A DNA stretch of 64,000 nt from an uncultured Eubacteriales bacterium (GCA_900549485.1 UROG01000002.1:17475-81474); one strand, 5' to 3'. Positions 10,087 to 20,656 are shown, counted from the stretch's first letter. The notes: generated from the letters alone by a model not told the origin. Numbers and translations are program-made.

Positions 10087-11145
10087 ATGAACAGAGAAAA
10101 TACAAAGAAAATCAGGGTCGGAAAAATCGAAATAGGCGGGGATGCGCCCGTCTCCGTGCAGACCATGTGCAGCACGAAAACGTGGGACGTCGAGGCTACC
10201 GTTGCGCAGATAAAGGCGATGTGCGCGGCGGGGGCGGATATCGTGCGCGTTGCCGTACCCGATATGGCGGCGGCGCAGGCGATAGACAAAATAAAGGAGC
10301 AAACGGATGTGCCGCTGGTCGCGGATATCCACTTTGATTACCGTCTTGCCCTTGAGGCCGCCGAGCGCGGCATTGACAAGATACGCATAAACCCCGGCAA
10401 CATCGGCGGTGAGGAGAACGTGAAAGCCGTCGCAGAGAGCTGCCGCCGTCACGGCATACCTATCCGCATAGGCGTAAATGCGGGGAGCCTTGAAAAGCGC
10501 CTTCTCGGAAAATACGGCCATCCCTGCGCCGAGGCGCTTGTCGAAAGCGCCGCCGGACACATTGCGCTGCTCAACAAATTTGATTTTGACGACATCTGTC
10601 TTTCCATGAAAACCTCGAGCGTCCCGCTCACGATAGAGACTTACCGGCTTGCCGCCGGGCGCTTCCCGTATCCGCTGCATCTCGGCGTCACCGAGACGGG
10701 TACAGAGTGGAACGGCACCATACAATCCGCCGTCGGCATCGGTACGCTTCTCAGCGAGGGCATCGGCAACACCATACGCGTCTCACTTACCGCCGACCCC
10801 GTGCGTGAGGTCAGCACCGGCATTGCGATCCTCCGGGCGGCGGGGCTTCGTCCGGGCGGCGTGCGCTTCGTCTCCTGCCCGACCTGCGGCAGAACGGAGA
10901 TAGACCTTATTTCGCTTGCAACCGAGGTTGAAAACAGAGTGCGCGATATGAAGCGCGATATTACCGTTGCGGTCATGGGCTGTGTTGTAAACGGCCCCGG
11001 CGAGGCACGCGAGGCGGATTACGGCATTGCGGGCGGCAAAGGCAAGGGACTGCTTTTCAAAAAAGGCGTCGTTCTCGGTACATACCCATATGAGAGGCTG
11101 TGCGATGCACTTATTGATTTAATAAACACCGACGAGGATAAATGA
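10087..11145 (+). CDS. ispG: 4-hydroxy-3-methylbut-2-en-1-yl diphosphate synthase (flavodoxin)
   Basis: IspG/GcpE sequence (VQTMCST, RINPGNIG, CPTCGRT Fe-S cysteines). The ATG at 10087 is 1 nt after the rseP stop codon. Confidence 0.9.
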   Translation: MNRENTKKIRVGKIEIGGDAPVSVQTMCSTKTWDVEATVAQIKAMCAAGADIVRVAVPDMAAAQAIDKIKEQTDVPLVADIHFDYRLALEAAERGIDKIRINPGNIGGEENVKAVAESCRRHGIPIRIGVNAGSLEKRLLGKYGHPCAEALVESAAGHIALLNKFDFDDICLSMKTSSVPLTIETYRLAAGRFPYPLHLGVTETGTEWNGTIQSAVGIGTLLSEGIGNTIRVSLTADPVREVSTGIAILRAAGLRPGGVRFVSCPTCGRTEIDLISLATEVENRVRDMKRDITVAVMGCVVNGPGEAREADYGIAGGKGKGLLFKKGVVLGTYPYERLCDALIDLINTDEDK

Positions 11146-14100
11146 TGAGCGAGCATACCCCGTTTCTTACCATCTTCCCGGACTGCGTTCCCATGAACGC
11201 GTTCGCCGGAGGACTTGAAAAAGCATATGTGACCGAGGTGCGGATAACCGCGGCAGAGAAAACCATGACGGTAAACGCATGGTTTTCTTCCATGCCCAGC
11301 CCCGCCGAGGAGAGTGAGCTGTGCACAAGGCTTAAAAACGTTTTTGCGCTGAACGCCGTCAGGCTCAACTCCGATTTTCCCGCGCCCAGATCCGTCCCCA
11401 CGGCGTCGCAGCCGTCCTCAGGCGGCAGCGCGGGCGGCAATGTGCTGTTCGGGAGAGCCGTAAAGCAGGCGCCCATTCCCATGAGCAAGGTCGATTTTGA
11501 ATCCGGCCGCGTCACGGTCGAGGGCGACGTTGTCAAGGTGGACAGCCGCCTCATAGCCAAAAGCGGCGCCGCTGTACTCGGCTTTGACATCACCGACCGC
11601 ACAAACACGCTGCACGTCTCAAGGTATCTCAAGCCCGAAGAGGATCACTCCGTGATCGACGCGATCCAGCCGGGCGCGCACCTCATCGTTCAGGGCGACG
11701 CCACATACAGCAAGTATGACGACGATCTTGTGATCGACCCGCGCAGCATCGTAAAGGGCAAGAAGTACGTCCGCCCCGACACAGCCGAGGAAAAGCGCGT
11801 GGAGCTGCATCTGCACACAAGGTTTTCCACGATGGACGCGCTCACCGATCCGGCGGCCGTCGTGAAGCGCGCCGCCGAATGGGGCATGCCGGCGATCGCC
11901 GTGACCGACCACGGCGTCGCGCAGGCGTTCCCCGATATGTGGAAGGCCGGCAAAAAGAACGGCGTCAAGATCATATACGGTCTTGAGGCGTACTATTACA
12001 ACGACATGGACGGCAACAGCGCCGTTATCGGCAAGAGCAGGCTGCCGCTCGATGCGGAGTTTGTCGCGTTCGACATTGAAACGACCGGTCTCAACGCGCT
12101 CAACGACCGTATGACCGAGATCGGCGCGCAGATCTTTTCCGGCGGCGCCATCCTGAAAGAGTTCAACACCTTTGTTGATCCGGGTATGCACATACCTGCG
12201 GAGATAACCAAGCTCACCGGCATAAGGGACAGCGATGTGCAGGGCGCGCCGAACGAAAAGGAAGCCATGCAGATGTTCATCGACTTCATCGGCGACCGTC
12301 CCATAATCGCCCACAACGCGCACTTTGACGTCGGCTTTATGACCGCCGCCGCCAACCGCTGCGGTCTGCGCTTCTCGCCGGTATTCATGGATACGCTTGC
12401 GCTGTCCCAGGCGCTGTGTCCGGAATTAAAGCGCTTCAAGCTTGACATCGTTTCCAATCATCTGGGACTGCCGCAGTTCAACCACCACCGCGCAAGTGAC
12501 GACGCAATGGTCGTTGCGCGCATGATGGACAAGTTTATACCCATGCTCAGGCAGCGCGGCGCGAAGACGGTGGACGATATTGAAAAGATATACCATTCGC
12601 TCCGCCGCACGGACGTAGCAAAGACTTATCATATGATCCTTCTCGCGCTCAACCGCAAGGGCCTGAAGAATATGTACGAGCTTATATCGAAGTCATATCT
12701 CAAGCATTTTCACAAGACCCCCAACATCCCCAAAAGCCTGCTTGTGCAGCACCGCGAGGGGCTGCTTGTCGGCTCCGCCTGCGGCATGGGCGAGCTTTAC
12801 GGCGCGGTCATGAACGGCGCGCCCGACAAGGAGCTTGAGAAGATCGCCTCGCTCTACGACTACCTTGAAATTCAGCCGATATGCAACAACGGCTTTCTTA
12901 TCGACAACGGCAGAGTTAAGGACAGATACGTGCTTGAGGATTACAACCGCCGTATCTACAATCTCGGCAAGCGCATGGGCAAGCGCGTCGTCGCCGCGTC
13001 CGACGTGCATTTCCTCGACCCTGAGGATGAGCAGTACCGCCATATTCTTCAGGCGGCAAAGAAGTTTTCCGACGCGGACAGAAGCTGCCCGATATTTTTC
13101 CGCACCACCGACGAGATGCTCAAGGAGTTTGAATATCTCGGCAAGGACGCTGCGCAGGAGGTCGTCGTCACCAACACACGCGCTATCGCCGACATGGCGG
13201 AGGATATTGAGCTTCTGCCAAAGGATCTGTACGCGCCGAAGATCGAAAACTCCGCCCAGCAGCTGAAGGATCTCGTCTACGGGAAGATGCACCGCATATA
13301 CGGCGAAAACCCGCCCGCAATAGTGCAGGAGCGCGTTGACGTCGAGCTTAATACGATACTTGACCACCAGTACGACGTTATATATATGTCTGCGCAGAAG
13401 CTTGTGCAGAACTCGCTTGAAAACGGCTATCTCGTCGGTTCGAGAGGCAGCGTCGGCTCATCGCTGGTCGCGTATATGTCCGGCATCACGGAGGTCAATT
13501 CCCTCCCCCCGCACTACGTCTGCCCAAAGTGCTGTCACAGCGAGTTCATAACCGACGGCTCCTACGGCTGCGGCGCGGATATGCCCGAAAAGGACTGTCC
13601 CGAATGCGGCACAAAGATGAAGCGCGAGGGCTTTGATATCCCGTTCGAAACCTTCCTCGGCTTCCCCGGCAACGAAAAGACGCCCGATATCGACCTTAAT
13701 TTCTCGGGCGAATATCAGGCGAAGGCGCATAAATATACCGAAGTGCTTTTCGGCTCCGATCACGTTTTCCGCGCCGGAACGATCGGTACGCTGGCGGAAA
13801 AGACCGCCTACGGCTATGTCAAGAAGTATCTTGAGGAGCGCGGTATAACCGCAACGAAGGCGGAGGAGAACCGCCTTGCTCTCGGGCTTGTCGGCATAAA
13901 ACGCACGACCGGTCAGCATCCCGGCGGTCTTGTCGTCATTCCGCAGGATATGGACGTTACCGACTTCTGCCCCGTACAGCATCCCGCCGACGACCCCAAC
14001 AGCGATATTATCACAACGCATTTTGAATACCACTGCATGGAGGCAAACCTCTTAAAGCTTGACGAGCTGGGGCATGATGACCCCACCATGATACGCATGA

Positions 14101-15137
14101 TGGAGGACATGACCGGCGTGGACGCGAAGGAAATTTCCCTTTCCGACCCGGAAACGATGTCGATCTTCGTCTCCCCCGCGGCTCTCGGTCTGCCGGACGA
14201 CGATCCTATAATCGGCAAGACCGGCTCTATCGGCGTTCCGGAGTTCGGCACGCCCTTTACCCGGCAGATGCTTGTGGACACCCAGCCCAAGCAGTTCGAC
14301 ACGCTTGTGCGTCTGTCCGGCTTCTCCCACGGCACCGACGTGTGGGCGGGCAACATCCACGACCTCATCGTAGACGGCGTCGCCTCGGTCAACGAGACCG
14401 TCGGCTGCCGCGACGACATCATGATCTACCTTATCCAGAAGGGCATGAAGCCCGCTCTCGCTTTCAAGACGATGGAGGCGGTGCGTAAGGGCAAGGTAAA
14501 GAAATCCGGCGAATTTCCGGGCGACGCCGAACAGCAGATGCGCGATCTCGGCGTACCTGATTGGTACATAGAATCCTGCCGCAAGATTGCCTACCTTTTC
14601 CCGAAAGCGCACGCCGTGGCATATGTCATGATGGCGTTCCGCATTGCGTGGTTCAAGGTGCATGAGCCGCTTGCATTTTACAGCGCCTACTTTTACCGGC
14701 GCAGCCAGAAGGGCGGCTTTGACGCCGCGCTCATGTGCGGCGGCACGGAAGATGTGCGCCGCAAAATAAACGATATGCGCAAGCGCCAGCTCTCCGCGAA
14801 TGAGGAGGATCTGCTGACGACGCTTGAGGCGGTGTACGAGTTCAATATGCGCGGGTTTGAGTTTGCGCCGATAGACCTGTATAAATCCGCGGCGTTCAGG
14901 TTCCTCATAACCGAGGACAAGCGCCTGCGTCCGCCGTTTATCGCAATAGGCGGACTCGGTGAAACGGCCGCTCTCGACCTTGAAAAGGTCAAGGACAGCG
15001 GCAGGAAGTTCATCTCCATGCAGGAGCTTTCGCAGGCCTGCCCCAAGGTTTCGCAGAGCCATCTTGACGCGCTCAAGGCTTTCGGCGCCCTCGGCGATAT
15101 GCCCGAAAGCAACCAGCTCAATCTCTTTGAATTATAA
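11142..15137 (+). CDS. polC: PolC-type DNA polymerase III alpha subunit
   Basis: 1331 aa with an OB domain, a DnaQ-like 3'-5' exonuclease (FDIETTGL...HNAHFDVGF), a PHP domain and a pol III core (SRGSVGSSLVAYMSGITEVNSLPPHYVC...). Antisense ORFs inside it are spurious. Confidence 0.92.
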   Translation: MMSEHTPFLTIFPDCVPMNAFAGGLEKAYVTEVRITAAEKTMTVNAWFSSMPSPAEESELCTRLKNVFALNAVRLNSDFPAPRSVPTASQPSSGGSAGGNVLFGRAVKQAPIPMSKVDFESGRVTVEGDVVKVDSRLIAKSGAAVLGFDITDRTNTLHVSRYLKPEEDHSVIDAIQPGAHLIVQGDATYSKYDDDLVIDPRSIVKGKKYVRPDTAEEKRVELHLHTRFSTMDALTDPAAVVKRAAEWGMPAIAVTDHGVAQAFPDMWKAGKKNGVKIIYGLEAYYYNDMDGNSAVIGKSRLPLDAEFVAFDIETTGLNALNDRMTEIGAQIFSGGAILKEFNTFVDPGMHIPAEITKLTGIRDSDVQGAPNEKEAMQMFIDFIGDRPIIAHNAHFDVGFMTAAANRCGLRFSPVFMDTLALSQALCPELKRFKLDIVSNHLGLPQFNHHRASDDAMVVARMMDKFIPMLRQRGAKTVDDIEKIYHSLRRTDVAKTYHMILLALNRKGLKNMYELISKSYLKHFHKTPNIPKSLLVQHREGLLVGSACGMGELYGAVMNGAPDKELEKIASLYDYLEIQPICNNGFLIDNGRVKDRYVLEDYNRRIYNLGKRMGKRVVAASDVHFLDPEDEQYRHILQAAKKFSDADRSCPIFFRTTDEMLKEFEYLGKDAAQEVVVTNTRAIADMAEDIELLPKDLYAPKIENSAQQLKDLVYGKMHRIYGENPPAIVQERVDVELNTILDHQYDVIYMSAQKLVQNSLENGYLVGSRGSVGSSLVAYMSGITEVNSLPPHYVCPKCCHSEFITDGSYGCGADMPEKDCPECGTKMKREGFDIPFETFLGFPGNEKTPDIDLNFSGEYQAKAHKYTEVLFGSDHVFRAGTIGTLAEKTAYGYVKKYLEERGITATKAEENRLALGLVGIKRTTGQHPGGLVVIPQDMDVTDFCPVQHPADDPNSDIITTHFEYHCMEANLLKLDELGHDDPTMIRMMEDMTGVDAKEISLSDPETMSIFVSPAALGLPDDDPIIGKTGSIGVPEFGTPFTRQMLVDTQPKQFDTLVRLSGFSHGTDVWAGNIHDLIVDGVASVNETVGCRDDIMIYLIQKGMKPALAFKTMEAVRKGKVKKSGEFPGDAEQQMRDLGVPDWYIESCRKIAYLFPKAHAVAYVMMAFRIAWFKVHEPLAFYSAYFYRRSQKGGFDAALMCGGTEDVRRKINDMRKRQLSANEEDLLTTLEAVYEFNMRGFEFAPIDLYKSAAFRFLITEDKRLRPPFIAIGGLGETAALDLEKVKDSGRKFISMQELSQACPKVSQSHLDALKAFGALGDMPESNQLNLFEL

Positions 15138-15186
15138 AGGCGCAAAAAAGCCGGAAAACCTGTCTTGGGTTTTCCGGCTTTTACTC

Positions 15187-15687
15187 TCATACGTCTATAA
15201 TAACGCTCTTTACGCCGTTTCTCTGCGCATACAAAACGGTGTTCATCGTGCCGCCGGGGCGGCCGTTAAAGCAGGTCAGCAGCAGCGACGCTCTGTCAAC
15301 CATGTACATATTCCGCCGCATCATGCAGTCGGCGCTGTATTCTATCTGCAAAACCGTCACCTTGTCGCATGCGTCAATGAGCCGGTTATAGCGTCTGCGC
15401 TGATCCGGCGTCCACCTTTCCGGCTGGGAGCCGCAGGGTATCGCCGCTTCAAGCGTTATATCGGGATATTTCTTTCTCAGCTCAAGCACGGCCTCGGCAA
15501 AATACATATCGCAGCCTATCGCCATGCCGCATATAAAATGCCTGTATCCCGCTTCGTATATCCCATCAAGACGGCAGAGGAGCTCGTTTTTAAGCGCAAT
15601 GCAGAGCGCGTCGGCCTCGTTTGCGCGCCACGGCAGCTTCGCCGGTCTGTGTCCGGAAAAACAGCACGTTCTTTCCCTGTCCGGCAT
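15187..15687 (-). CDS. SLOG-family (DUF1273/YpsA-like) protein
   Basis: 166 aa, N-terminal CCFSGHRP motif characteristic of the YpsA/DUF1273 SLOG family. Confidence 0.5.
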   Translation of the reverse strand: MPDRERTCCFSGHRPAKLPWRANEADALCIALKNELLCRLDGIYEAGYRHFICGMAIGCDMYFAEAVLELRKKYPDITLEAAIPCGSQPERWTPDQRRRYNRLIDACDKVTVLQIEYSADCMMRRNMYMVDRASLLLTCFNGRPGGTMNTVLYAQRNGVKSVIIDV

Positions 15688-15874
15688 AACCGTCCTCCCT
15701 CTCCTCGTTTTACTGAAATATTATCATATATCCTGCCCGATTGCAAAGGCTTTGTTGAATTTCCGTTTTCCGGCGGTTGACAAAAATATATATTGCATAT
15801 AAAATATTTATTTGCCGCTGTGCGGCGAAATACGGCGGAGCAAGGGCTCTGGCGAGATTGGAGAATTTGATTTT

Positions 15875-17311
15875 ATGGCAAAAGAGAAGAAAGTAGAGCA
15901 GATCACCGATATGGAGGTTGACTTTACCCAGTGGTTCACCGATGTCTGCACGAAGGCGGAGCTGGTGGACTATTCCGGCGTAAAGGGCCTTTTCATTCTG
16001 CGCCCCTACGGCTACGCGATCTGGGAAAACATCCAGAAGGAGCTTGACGCGATGTTCAAGAGAGACGGTCACGAGAACGTCTCCATGCCCGTCCTTATCC
16101 CCGAAAGTCTTCTGCAAAAGGAGAAGGATCATGTCAAGGGCTTCGCTCCCGAGTGTGCATGGGTCACGATGGGCGGAAGCGAGGAGCTGCCGGAGCGTCT
16201 TTGCGTGCGCCCCACCTCCGAAACCCTTTTCTGCGATCATTGGAGCCATGTCGTCCATTCATGGCGCGACCTGCCGATGCTCTACAACCAGTGGTGCAGC
16301 GTTCTGCGCTGGGAGAAGACCACGCGTCCGTTCCTGCGCGGGAGAGAATTCCTCTGGCAGGAGGGACACACCCTTCACGCCACTCCCGAGGAGGCCGTGA
16401 AGGAAACTCTTCAGCAGCTCGAGGTTTATGCAGATCTCTGCGAAAACTATCTCGCAATGCCTGTTATCCGCGGCAACAAGACCGAGAAGGAAAAATTCGC
16501 CGGCGCCGAGGACACATATACGATCGAGTGCATGATGCACGACAAGAAGGCTTTGCAGTCCGGCACCTCCCACTATTTCGGCGACGGCTTCGCAAAGCAG
16601 TTTGACATCACCTTTACAGACAAGGACAACAAGCAGAAGCATCCCTTCCAGACCTCATGGGGCATGTCAACCCGCATCATCGGCGGCATCATCATGACCC
16701 ACGGCGACAACAACGGTCTTGTCCTGCCCCCGCGTATCGCCCCCGTTCAGGTCGTTGTCGTACCCGTGGCACAGCATAAGCCCGGCGTTATCGAAATGGC
16801 GACCGAGCTTTACGAGGTTCTCAAGGCTGCCGGTATCCGCGTAAAAATCGACACCAGCGATAATTCCCTCGGCTGGAAGTGCGCGCAGTACGAAATGAAG
16901 GGCGTTCCCGTGCGCGTCGAGATAGGCCCCAAGGATATGGAAAACGGCGTATGCGTTGCGGTGCGCCGCGACAACGGCGAGAAGGTCACGATAAGAATCG
17001 ACGAGCTGGCGGAGTGCATCCCCGGCGTTCTTGACGACGTGCAGAACGGTCTTTACGCCAAGGCAAAGAAAAATCTTGACGAGCACACATACACCGCGTA
17101 CTCTCTTGAGGAAGCCAAGCAGATACAGCAGGAAAAGGGCGGCTTCATCAAGACCATGTGGTGCGGCGAGCTTCAGTGCGAGCTGGATATGAAGGAGAAA
17201 GCCGGAATGTCCTCCCGCTGCATCCCCTTTGAGCAGGAACATCTCAGCGATGTATGCGCCTGCTGCGGCAAGCCCGCCAAGCACATGATCTATTGGGGCG
17301 TCGCTTACTGA
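15875..17311 (+). CDS. proS: proline--tRNA ligase (archaeal/eukaryotic-type class II)
   Basis: About 478 aa from the ATG at 15875 ([12 protein letters not shown]...). Class II motifs and a C-terminal zinc-binding CxxC...CxxC (CACCGKPA). GGAGA RBS. Confidence 0.9.
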   Translation: MAKEKKVEQITDMEVDFTQWFTDVCTKAELVDYSGVKGLFILRPYGYAIWENIQKELDAMFKRDGHENVSMPVLIPESLLQKEKDHVKGFAPECAWVTMGGSEELPERLCVRPTSETLFCDHWSHVVHSWRDLPMLYNQWCSVLRWEKTTRPFLRGREFLWQEGHTLHATPEEAVKETLQQLEVYADLCENYLAMPVIRGNKTEKEKFAGAEDTYTIECMMHDKKALQSGTSHYFGDGFAKQFDITFTDKDNKQKHPFQTSWGMSTRIIGGIIMTHGDNNGLVLPPRIAPVQVVVVPVAQHKPGVIEMATELYEVLKAAGIRVKIDTSDNSLGWKCAQYEMKGVPVRVEIGPKDMENGVCVAVRRDNGEKVTIRIDELAECIPGVLDDVQNGLYAKAKKNLDEHTYTAYSLEEAKQIQQEKGGFIKTMWCGELQCELDMKEKAGMSSRCIPFEQEHLSDVCACCGKPAKHMIYWGVAY

Positions 17312-17354
17312 TACGCTTCCGGACAAAGGCTGCCGTACAGCCTGCATAAAAATC

Positions 17355-17393
17355 CATGACCCCAGACGCCGCTCTCCGGCGTCTGGGGTCATG
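17355..17393. terminator. long perfect hairpin (16-bp stem, 7-nt loop) after proS
   Basis: catgaccccagacgcc-gctctcc-ggcgtctggggtcatg. The A/T tract lies on the minus-strand side. It is followed by two further hairpins at 17422..17456 and 17471..17505. Confidence 0.6.
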
Positions 17394-17480
17394 AGCTTGT
17401 CGAAGAAGCTTTGCGAAAAAACTCCGTGATAAAACTGCTGTCAGTTTATCACGGAGAGCAGCAAAACAAAAAGCTGCATC

Positions 17481-19052
17481 TCAGTTTCTACTGAAATGCA
17501 GCTTTTTAAGTTGGTGGGGCTGTGGAGGCTCTGTATGAACACCAGAGGCAGAGCCGCTATCCCCTTTCAGAAACTCTGTGACAACACGATAATTATTGCC
17601 GTCTCCATCAGTGCCGGTGAAGTTGTACTCAATCTCTATCCGGTCATCCCATAGCCTGATGGCCTTTACCATAGTTCGGAGCAGTTCCTTGCGATAAGCT
17701 TGGTTGTCAGGCGTACCATTACGCAGCTTTTCTAAATAGAACCGCATACGTTCACCATCGACCGGCTCTTCAAACATGGCCTTTCCGAGAGCAATGCTTC
17801 TTTCAAGGTCGTGTATTTCCGTTTCCAGCTCTTGCATTCTTGCAGATGTTGTCTCATTGAATATGCCGGCTTCTATTGCTTTCATGATATTATCCAGCGC
17901 CTTTTTCCGGGATGAAAGCTCTTCCTCCATCACCGGCACATCCGATGTTTCCTGCGCTTGCTTTTTCAGCTCAATATATCCAGAAACAAGCCAGTCTGTC
18001 ACATCTGCCCGCGACAGGCAGGCGCGCGTCAGATCCACGACGAACTGCTCTATAAAATCCCTACGGACATTATGCTTTGTGCAGCCGTCATTCCCGCGGC
18101 TTTTACAGGTGTAATAGTAGTGAAGAGTTCCGTTCCGACTCGTCCCAGCATACCCGACCATGGGAGAGCCGCATTCCCCACAATATAGCTTGCCGGTAAG
18201 CAGATAATCAGAATTAGATTTGCGCTTTGCGCCCTCGCTATTTAGCCCTTCCTGAAGCTTACGTTGCACAGCGTAAAAAACCTCCTCACTTATTATCGCG
18301 GGAACACCGCCAACGACTCGTACACCAGAATGCTCATATATTCCGATGTATCTTTCGTTCCTCAGCATACGATTAAACGAGTTTTTGTTGAAAGGCTTAC
18401 GTGTTTTTGTTAGAATCCCTCTGTCGTTGAGACTGCGAATAATATCAGCATAGGGAACATCATCCACAACTTTGGAAAAGATCTCCCGCACTATTGCGGC
18501 GCGCGGCTCGTCAATGGCATATTTGCCATCCTCGCCTTTTTTATAACCATACGGGAGAGAACCGTTCACCTTGCACTCGGCGGCATTGTCTTTCAGCCCT
18601 CGCCTGATATCCTCGGCCATGTTCTCAGAATAAAACTGATTGACGTTCATCATTGTTCGCAAAGCAAAGCGGCCTGCCGCTGTGTTCCCAAACTCTTCTT
18701 TGGCATAGAGCGTTTTTATGCCAAAGCTATCGAGCCGGGATTCATATTGCAATGCATTCAGCATATTACGGGAAATTCGGTTAGACTTATAGGCAATCAC
18801 AACATCGAACTTGCGTTTTTCAGCATCGCGCATAAGCCGCTGAAACTCATTGCGCCGGTCAGTACGGCCAGAAATGGCTTTGTCTGCGTATATGCCAACA
18901 ACAGAAATGCCGGTGGTCACGGCAAAGGCTGTGCATTCCTCTATCTGCTGTTCTATACTTTCTTCTTTTTGGCTGTGAGAAGAATACCGCGCGTATATTA
19001 CACCGGTGATTATCAAATTGTCTGACTTCTTTTTATACTTCTGCGAAGCCAT
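17481..19052 (-). CDS. large serine recombinase (phage integrase)
   Basis: Resolvase-type N-terminal catalytic domain (VIYARYSSHSQ...RISR), recombinase domain, zinc-ribbon (CGECGSPM...C) and coiled-coil. AGGAGG RBS before the ATG at 19050-19052. The stop codon lies inside a hairpin. Confidence 0.85.
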   Translation of the reverse strand: MASQKYKKKSDNLIITGVIYARYSSHSQKEESIEQQIEECTAFAVTTGISVVGIYADKAISGRTDRRNEFQRLMRDAEKRKFDVVIAYKSNRISRNMLNALQYESRLDSFGIKTLYAKEEFGNTAAGRFALRTMMNVNQFYSENMAEDIRRGLKDNAAECKVNGSLPYGYKKGEDGKYAIDEPRAAIVREIFSKVVDDVPYADIIRSLNDRGILTKTRKPFNKNSFNRMLRNERYIGIYEHSGVRVVGGVPAIISEEVFYAVQRKLQEGLNSEGAKRKSNSDYLLTGKLYCGECGSPMVGYAGTSRNGTLHYYYTCKSRGNDGCTKHNVRRDFIEQFVVDLTRACLSRADVTDWLVSGYIELKKQAQETSDVPVMEEELSSRKKALDNIMKAIEAGIFNETTSARMQELETEIHDLERSIALGKAMFEEPVDGERMRFYLEKLRNGTPDNQAYRKELLRTMVKAIRLWDDRIEIEYNFTGTDGDGNNYRVVTEFLKGDSGSASGVHTEPPQPHQLKKLHFSRN

Positions 19053-19065
19053 ATAGCCTCCTTGC

Positions 19066-19686
19066 TCAGATGCCGAGCAACTGCTTCTTTTTGGCTGTAA
19101 ATTCTTCTTCGGTAAGCACACCTTCATCAACGAGCTGCTTGAGGGCGCGCAAATCATTTATTGTTGGAACCGCTATATCGGGCTGGCAAGCCGGAGCGGG
19201 ATTACTGTTCCAGTTGGCAACCTGCTTTTCGTAGATTCCTGCGAGTTCTGCGTATTCAGGCTTGTAGACTGCGGTCATTTCACTGCCGAACCCCACACCA
19301 AAGCCACCAATATCAACGAAAGAATCGCTCCCTTTCTTGAGCTTGATGGTTATCATTCCGTTTGACATGAACGAAGGTTTTTTGTTTGAGAAAGATGCGA
19401 TGCTTTGAATAGGTATAGTCGTGTTCTTTTTCTTTTCGATAAAAATCAAACTGCTGCTTGTCAACTTTAGTGCTTTCGGCGTAATGCAGGGAAGCTCGGG
19501 CAAATCTCCGGACGGGATTTTACTCGTGTGCGTGGCATATGCCCCCGCACTTTCTCCACGCGAAACACGTACAGCTTCCTCGCCAACGTAAATATGATCT
19601 GCCGCTCTTGCACACGCTTGACATAGTCCTTGCTTGGATATTTCTGCGGCCGAAATTCTTTTGCCGCACTTCTCACATATAGGCAT
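19066..19686 (-). CDS. zinc-ribbon / PH-like (DUF4429-like) / SHOCT-domain protein
   Basis: N-terminal CxxC...CxxC, central beta-rich region, C-terminal SHOCT-like LTEEEFTAKKKQLLGI. Located between the integrase and the repressor. Confidence 0.45.
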   Translation of the reverse strand: MPICEKCGKRISAAEISKQGLCQACARAADHIYVGEEAVRVSRGESAGAYATHTSKIPSGDLPELPCITPKALKLTSSSLIFIEKKKNTTIPIQSIASFSNKKPSFMSNGMITIKLKKGSDSFVDIGGFGVGFGSEMTAVYKPEYAELAGIYEKQVANWNSNPAPACQPDIAVPTINDLRALKQLVDEGVLTEEEFTAKKKQLLGI

Positions 19687-19891
19687 GAAACACCCTCCTA
19701 ACTGTTCGCGTAATAATCTTCCGAATGCTATTCAGTTTGTAATAAATCTGCTATTATTGTTACACTTACTGCCGGCAGCACCGCATAAAAAAGTTAAGGG
19801 AGCTGCGATATGAATGAGTCAGAATTAGAATTAGATATGCTTTTTGCCGCGGGACTATTTCAACATTTGACGGCGGCAAATCGTCAGGCGG

Positions 19892-20269
19892 TTATCGACT
19901 TGATAAAACGCCTTTTGTCTGCGCAATGATTATTTTTTTCTCTTGGTCTGTAAGCAACGCAAATAATGTCATCATTTCCGCATCAAGCCCATCTCGGTTT
20001 TCCGAGGTGGGTATTTTTCTTTCTCTTGGTACTGCATACCCCATCAGCCAAGCTTCATTTACATTGAATGCAAGCCCCAAAATTGAAAGTTTGTCTTGCC
20101 CCGGCTCAGTTTTCCCAGAAACGTACTGACTTATCGTGCTTTTGCCAAAATGAACATTATAGGCTTTGCAGAATGGCTCTATAAGTTCGAGAACATCCAC
20201 CTGCTTCATGTTGCGTTCTTTCATAAGCTGTTTAAGCCTATCGCTTGTCGTGTAAGGTCTGGTTTCCAT
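19892..20269 (-). CDS. XRE-family HTH transcriptional repressor (CI-like)
   Basis: HTH_XRE N-terminus (LKQLMKERNMKQVDVLELIE...STISQYVSGKTEP) and a C-terminal dimerisation-like region. Divergent from the cro-like gene. TTGAAC-17-TATAAT promoter and GGAGG RBS upstream on the minus strand. Confidence 0.75.
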   Translation of the reverse strand: METRPYTTSDRLKQLMKERNMKQVDVLELIEPFCKAYNVHFGKSTISQYVSGKTEPGQDKLSILGLAFNVNEAWLMGYAVPRERKIPTSENRDGLDAEMMTLFALLTDQEKKIIIAQTKGVLSSR

Positions 20270-20446
20270 GAATTATCCTCCGTTCAGTTGCCCCTATTAT
20301 ATACGAGCTTGAATAAAAGTTCAAGCGAAAAAGAACGAAAGTTCTAAATTTATGAATTATTCGTATTGACATTCAATGCAGCGTGGATTAATATAAAAGC
20401 GAAAAGTTCATTAAGCATGAACTCAACGACAGAAAGGAGGAAACCC
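20270..20446. promoter_or_regulatory. lysogeny switch region with divergent promoters and dyad-symmetric operators
   Basis: Palindromes CTTGAATAAAAGTTCAAG (20308..20325), GAACGAAAGTTC (20333..20344), GTTCATTAAGCATGAAC (20406..20422). Plus-strand TTGACA (20366..20371) -17- TAATAT (20389..20394). Minus-strand TTGAAC-17-TATAAT. Confidence 0.6.
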
Positions 20447-20656
20447 ATGATCTACGATTATTCGAAGCTCAGAGGTAAAATTGTTGAGGTTTATGGCAAG
20501 GTTGCCCCGTTTGCTAAGGCGATGAAGCTGTCAGAGAGGACGCTTTCTTTGAAGCTCAACAATAAAGTGTATTGGAAGCAGCCCGAGATAGAGCTTGCAT
20601 GTACACTTCTCGGAATACCGGGCAGCGATATTCCTGCATATTTTTTTGCGAAATAA
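20447..20656 (+). CDS. Cro-like / DUF739-family phage transcriptional regulator
   Basis: MIYDYSKLRGKIVE...KAMKLSERTLSLKLNNKV matches the DUF739 phage HTH family. GGAGG RBS. First gene of the rightward early operon. Confidence 0.6.
   Translation: MIYDYSKLRGKIVEVYGKVAPFAKAMKLSERTLSLKLNNKVYWKQPEIELACTLLGIPGSDIPAYFFAK

Noticed and set aside
11619-15190. Multiple long minus-strand ORFs (e.g. 12693..13367, 14052..15062, 14693..15190) antisense to polC
   Set aside because: polC is unambiguous on the + strand. The antisense ORFs are the usual artefact of high-GC coding sequence.
15688-15874. T-box riboswitch leader upstream of proS
   Set aside because: The 187-nt leader is shorter than a typical T-box, and no conserved T-box sequence or specifier/antiterminator structure was seen by eye.
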